DNA of 64,000 nt from an uncultured virus (IMG/VR IMGVR_UViG_2568526354_000007) (taxonomy: Duplodnaviria > Heunggongvirae > Uroviricota > Caudoviricetes), in the IMG/VR virus record IMGVR_UViG_2568526354_000007; one strand, given 5' to 3'. The notes under the pieces were generated by a model. The model worked only from the letters and a program-made list of their open reading frames with translations, made no database searches and was not told where the DNA came from. Made by a program: the position numbers and the translations under genes. How positions within the stretch are numbered: position 1 is the stretch's first letter; every line of letters starts with the position of its first letter. Shown piece by piece: positions 59,745-64,000 of this stretch.

Positions 59745-60249
59745 AATACGATAGTGCTATGATGATAAAAAGCAAAGGTATCCCGATACTGAGGCCGTTT
59801 CTTATGCCATCATCCGTACCGGTTGCTACTTTGCTATCTTTCCTGGTCTCTGTCCTGGATTCCCTTTGTATGGTTTGACCGGATACCTCTCTCTTTGAAG
59901 AGCTGTTCGAAGAGTGTACAGTGTCATTACTTTCCTGCGCGGTTTTACTCTGTTTTTCGCTCCCTTCAATCTCGATACCCGATAGCGGGGGTAGGCCTGT
60001 TGTGGGATCGGGTGTTTGTGCCGTGTCAAAATGGTACGTGATCTTCCAGGATGAACCGTGTTCGTCTTTAGTGGTTTTGACTTGTGAGGCAATGGTTTCG
60101 GTACCGGTATTGAGTTCATTGTAATTATGCTGAAAAGTTCCATTCTCTTTGAATTGATTAGAATGTAGAGAAGAAGAACGACAAGCACACAGCAGTATAC
60201 CAACTGAAATGCAAGCAAAATAAATGATAAGGTGTACATGATGTTTCAT
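59716..60249 (-). CDS. Putative unimolecular spanin (B)
   Basis: Lipobox LCAC plus C-terminal TM (GLSIGIPLLFIIIALSYY). Confidence 0.65.
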   Translation of the reverse strand: MKHHVHLIIYFACISVGILLCACRSSSLHSNQFKENGTFQHNYNELNTGTETIASQVKTTKDEHGSSWKITYHFDTAQTPDPTTGLPPLSGIEIEGSEKQSKTAQESNDTVHSSNSSSKREVSGQTIQRESRTETRKDSKVATGTDDGIRNGLSIGIPLLFIIIALSYYAKRQNTSK

Positions 60250-60590
60250 TGTTTACGGTTTTGGCAAATTAAATCGGTACATTTCATGGTTTTTAGCTCT
60301 GTTATCAAACGATTGTTTTCGTTGATTTTCAAATCCATAGTCTCAATACGTTTGGATAATGTTTCAACTTTATTTTCCCAGCGTGCCTCACTATCTTCTT
60401 TATCCTGTTTGAGTGAGTTGATGTAACTTCTTTGATCGGTGATCATTTCCTGGTAGACATCCTGCATCGCTTTCATTGCATCAGCTTCTGCACGTTTCTT
60501 GGTGTATTTGATAGTGACAAATGCTGTGGCGGTTCCGACTAAACCGCCACCGAAGAGAAAGACCATGATATAATTTAGAATCTCATTCAT
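60246..60590 (-). CDS. Holin-like protein (B)
   Basis: 114 aa from MNEILN; homologue of 11920-12264. Confidence 0.6.
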   Translation of the reverse strand: MNEILNYIMVFLFGGGLVGTATAFVTIKYTKKRAEADAMKAMQDVYQEMITDQRSYINSLKQDKEDSEARWENKVETLSKRIETMDLKINENNRLITELKTMKCTDLICQNRKQ

Positions 60591-60603
60591 CGCTTTTTTA
60601 TTG

Positions 60604-60639
60604 CAAATGTATTGTGTACAAGCGCTTACGTAAAGGACA
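60604..60639 (-). promoter_or_regulatory. Putative late promoter, copy 8
   Basis: TGTCC-N23-TACATTTG upstream of the holin-like gene. Confidence 0.7.
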
Positions 60640-61158
60640 GAAAAACGGCACAATGTGCCGGAGCGGTATCGCATGTGCGATGATTTTTGAGGAGGGGGCA
60701 GCATATAAGAGAGAAAAAAAAGTTTGAGGCGAAACTTTTTCCGAGGGCGGTGCGTGGTCTTCCGACGGATAAAGGGGAAATTTTTCCCCTTTAAGACCCT
60801 TTTTTCTTTGTGAATCAGTATTTTATTTTTTTTGCCGTGGGAATCTTCTGAGATTTAAAATTGCGTTAACATAAATTATAGGTTTACGCTTTTTCTTCCC
60901 AAAAGTATCTCTTTGTTAACCCAATGCGGGTTGATTTTTGAAAAAATGATTCGGATGTCGGAAAAATAATTTTGAGACAAGAGAGCAAACGTCTGTATGT
61001 GATGTGTGATATTTATTTGTGGTATGTATTTAATGCACTGTTTTACAAGGATTTATGTTTTCGTGTATGAAAAAAAAGTGTTATATTTGTAATGTAATCA
61101 AAAGGGGATAGGGTTGCACTCCTATCACTTAAATGTTTAATTTTTAACGTAAAACAAA

Positions 61159-61650
61159 ATGAAAAATGTATCGAGCGCAAAAAGCGCAGAGGCTAAAGCC
61201 GTAGTGTTAAGTAATGTAGCTAATAAGAAGAATGAAACAGCCCCTCTAATTGTGCTGCCATCCCTTCCAACCGAAGAAGAAACGAAAGAACAGGTTTCGG
61301 CCAAAGTTGAAACTCCCGTTCAAACTTCCAAGAAAGAGAGTTCTTCCGTAGTAGCCGCACCCAATAAGCGTCTAAGTATTGATGAACTGACCGATAAGGC
61401 GGAGCGTGTTTATCTGCTCCGTCAGAAATATCAAGAAGTGAGAGAAAAGCGGAAACAGCTTGAAAGCTTTACTATCTCACATGATAAAAATAATGCCCAA
61501 CTTACTTTGGTAGACGCAAAAGGGCTTTCCATTTCTACAAGTAATCCCGTTGCAATTGGTAAGTTGCTATCTGATTGGATGTTAGATTTAAATAATCACT
61601 TGGCGAAAACCGAAGAAGAAATTCGTTCAGAATTGGAACGGCTAAATTAA
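61159..61650 (+). CDS. Hypothetical protein (disordered N-terminus, coiled coil)
   Basis: 163 aa behind a TATATTTG box at 61082-61089. Confidence 0.7.
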   Translation: MKNVSSAKSAEAKAVVLSNVANKKNETAPLIVLPSLPTEEETKEQVSAKVETPVQTSKKESSSVVAAPNKRLSIDELTDKAERVYLLRQKYQEVREKRKQLESFTISHDKNNAQLTLVDAKGLSISTSNPVAIGKLLSDWMLDLNNHLAKTEEEIRSELERLN

Positions 61651-61730
61651 AACAAAATCCCCCTACATCGTTGCACCGATGAAGGGGGAACAAAATCAAA
61701 CCGAAGTTTAATTTTTAACGTACTGCAAAG

Positions 61731-62081
61731 ATGGAAAATATTTTTGATTCTGCAAAAACAATTCAAGAAAAACGCACAATATTAAAAGGTTTATCAAAGC
61801 CGCTTCAAATTTTGGTGAAAGAGGCTGCTATTCCTACGGTAAACGATGGACTGAAAGCGATATACGCACAGTCTGGTCATACCGAACTTAAAACGCTGAA
61901 ACAGTGGAATAAGGAGGGCAGGAGTATTAAAAAAGGTTCCCATGCCTTATGCCTTTGGGGTGCACCTAAGAAAGTAGAGACGACCCAAGTAGAAGAAGCA
62001 CAGGGAGAAGATAATGACCCAATGAATTTCTATCCGATTTGTTTTGTATTCTCAAATTTGCAGGTATATGAAAAACAATGA
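61731..62081 (+). CDS. ArdC-like N-terminal ssDNA-binding domain protein
   Basis: LKTLKQWNKEGRSIKKGSHAL...VFSNLQV resembles the ArdC/DUF1738 TxxQW..G..V.KG...VF...Q pattern. Confidence 0.7.
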   Translation: MENIFDSAKTIQEKRTILKGLSKPLQILVKEAAIPTVNDGLKAIYAQSGHTELKTLKQWNKEGRSIKKGSHALCLWGAPKKVETTQVEEAQGEDNDPMNFYPICFVFSNLQVYEKQ

Positions 62082-62814
62082 TTTAACTACTTATGGGGAG
62101 TATTTGGAAAAGCTATCCCCAAAACACGGACGGGAAAAGGTATTTAATGACTTTCTGCAAATAGTCGTTTGTTGTCTCTCAATGGGACGTAAGGAAGAAC
62201 TTTATTTCAAAACGATAAAGCCCTATGACAAAACAGAACTGGATTTGTTTTCACAGGCTTTTGCCGCACTTGTTATGCAGATGGACAGGCAACCACTGGT
62301 AGACCCGTTCGGAGACTATTTTCAAGAGTTTTTAAGCAACGCCCAAAACGGGCAGTTTTTTACACCGTTTGGGGTATGTGAATTAATGAACCAATTGATA
62401 ACAGCTCCTAAAGTAAGTGATCAGCCTAAACAGGGAGATCGGAGGGTATTGGACCCTGCATGCGGTAGCGGAAGACTCCTTTTATCAGCAGCCCAAAAGG
62501 ATAGAGCATTGACTTTTGTCGGGATTGATATCTCATATACCTGCTGTCTCATGACTATCATTAATTTGTGTCTGAACAGCTTAAACGGGGAAGTATTGCA
62601 CATGAATGCCTTGACGGATCAATATTGGCATCGTTGGTTGATTATCGTTGATAGTGTAACCAAGATACCGACCGTTTATGAAGTGGAAGCCGGAATAATA
62701 AACCAACCGCCTGCATGTGCGGATGATTTAAAGCCTTTACCGGTGACAGGGATCATACAGCCGGTAAAAAACATGATTCCCGCCAATTTTGTACGTTATA
62801 CCCCTAAATGTTAG
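62068..62814 (+). CDS. N6-adenine-methyltransferase-like protein
   Basis: GQFFTP, VLDPACGSGRLL, GIDIS; no canonical NPP[FY] motif seen. Confidence 0.75.
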   Translation: MKNNDLTTYGEYLEKLSPKHGREKVFNDFLQIVVCCLSMGRKEELYFKTIKPYDKTELDLFSQAFAALVMQMDRQPLVDPFGDYFQEFLSNAQNGQFFTPFGVCELMNQLITAPKVSDQPKQGDRRVLDPACGSGRLLLSAAQKDRALTFVGIDISYTCCLMTIINLCLNSLNGEVLHMNALTDQYWHRWLIIVDSVTKIPTVYEVEAGIINQPPACADDLKPLPVTGIIQPVKNMIPANFVRYTPKC

Positions 62815-62818
62815 CAAT

Positions 62819-62992
62819 ATGGAGAAAGTTTTGCAATGTGTCAGACTTCCGCAAAATGGTAAAGGCACAATCGGGTTTAATTTGAAAGGAGAGTATTTAA
62901 AAAAATACGGTTTCCAGTTAGGAGATAAAGTAAAGGTAGAAATCAGCAAAAATAAGATTGTTTTATTTAAGACGGGTAATGTGCTGGAATGA
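62819..62992 (+). CDS. SymE/AbrB-fold small protein
   Basis: NLKGEYLKKYGFQLGDKVKVEISKNKIVL resembles the SymE L.G.WL...GF..G..V.V pattern. Confidence 0.7.
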   Translation: MEKVLQCVRLPQNGKGTIGFNLKGEYLKKYGFQLGDKVKVEISKNKIVLFKTGNVLE

Positions 62993-63187
62993 TTGAAAAA
63001 GTGGCACAGCGGGCAGCAAAAGCACTCTGACAGACCTTGAGAGAGGGGGAGAATGCTTTTGCGTCGCCCGGCTGCGCCGGGGTGAAGCGGAGTCCGCCGA
63101 TTACTCTTTTGGCAGAGGGGGCGGGATTTTAAACGCCTGAAATGGCGGTTGTTTGACGTAATTTTAGCAATTACGAAAAGCGGTATT

Positions 63188-64000
63188 TTATTTCCGATTG
63201 AGGAAAAATATTCCTCCGGTGCCGGTTCCCGGACGTGTGAAGTAGAAATTCATCCCGAGCCATAATGTGTCGAAGGCATCCGTAACATGGGTTTTGTATT
63301 GATCCGGATTGTCCGGAGTATCGTCAGTACCTTCCGGAGCTTTGTCCTTCTCAAAACCGTTTTTACCCTGCTTAATACCGGTTTGCTCCATGGCGATCTT
63401 GAGGAACTCGTTTTGATAGAGATTGAAACGAATCCACAGGAATTGCGGATCACCTTTCAATGCGAGATCGATATTGAGGTGTTTCCATTCATGTTTGGGT
63501 GCCTGTCCGACATATACCATTGCAGGAGTGTACCGGTTCTCTTTGAATACACGTTCAATGATATCCGCATAGGTTTCTGTTGTGGAGCCCGACTCCCAGG
63601 TAAAAGTATGATCATAGTAGACGACTACATCGTGATTGAGCTTGGGACGGTAATAGTCAGCTATCTGTTGTACCAGGTCTCCGAGTTTGGATGGGGTTTT
63701 GACATAGAACGATTTGATGATTTTCATCGTATTCCCGTCCAGTTGTGCCACTACCGCTGTCGAGATTGACGCATTGGAGTCGAATGCAATATGCAGTTCT
63801 TTGTCAAAATCAAGGTCACCGTCTCCCAGGCAGCCGCAGGAACTCAGTTGCTTCCAATTACTTCCAAGATTCTTCAGCCTTCCGTTATCAGCCGGCTGAT
63901 AGAAATGTATGCGGTCGTCCAGGGCACTATAAAAGCCATTGGGAACTTTCATCAGCCGTTCGTTCAGGAAGGCGGTACGCCATACCAACGGGGGAGAATC
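63188..64000 (-). CDS. Terminase large subunit (B), C-terminal nuclease part; truncated by the window edge
   Basis: IAFDSN...VYYDHT...THVTDAFDTL RNase H-like motifs; same position as in A. Confidence 0.8.
   Translation of the reverse strand, partial: DSPPLVWRTAFLNERLMKVPNGFYSALDDRIHFYQPADNGRLKNLGSNWKQLSSCGCLGDGDLDFDKELHIAFDSNASISTAVVAQLDGNTMKIIKSFYVKTPSKLGDLVQQIADYYRPKLNHDVVVYYDHTFTWESGSTTETYADIIERVFKENRYTPAMVYVGQAPKHEWKHLNIDLALKGDPQFLWIRFNLYQNEFLKIAMEQTGIKQGKNGFEKDKAPEGTDDTPDNPDQYKTHVTDAFDTLWLGMNFYFTRPGTGTGGIFFLNRK

Larger units (their letters stand above)
31550..64000 (-). mobile_element. Prophage B (right part outside the window)
   Basis: Integrase, lysin, tail fibre, second tape measure, second portal and second terminase. 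Gene order parallels prophage A. Confidence 0.88.

Overview
This 64-kb window is essentially all prophage DNA from a Bacteroidetes host (inferred from TAnnTTTG promoter boxes and Bacteroides-type gene families). It holds two related but diverged, co-oriented temperate siphovirus-like prophages in tandem. Prophage A (<1 to ~31550) runs, on the minus strand: tape measure, head-tail genes, lysozyme, portal, spanin/holin, small early genes, terminase, DNA methyltransferase, major capsid, S49 protease, primase-helicase, cro/cI. Prophage B (~31550 to >64000) runs: tyrosine integrase (+), then on the minus strand lysin, tail-fibre cluster, tape measure, morons, portal, spanin/holin, a plus-strand ArdC-like/MTase-like/SymE-like cassette, and terminase. 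The strongest non-obvious signals are regulatory: (1) a GTCC-N23-(TAnn)TTTG promoter motif with identical spacing in 8 places across both phages; (2) a c4/CI-like antisense-RNA switch in each phage, with the same architecture but different seed sequences; (3) a G10 tract that keeps a small leader gene OFF between two paralogous tail-associated genes; (4) a probable -1 frameshift at A_AAA_AAG; (5) scars of cargo capture and duplication in the moron region of B. Product names come from motifs and synteny only; no database searches were run.
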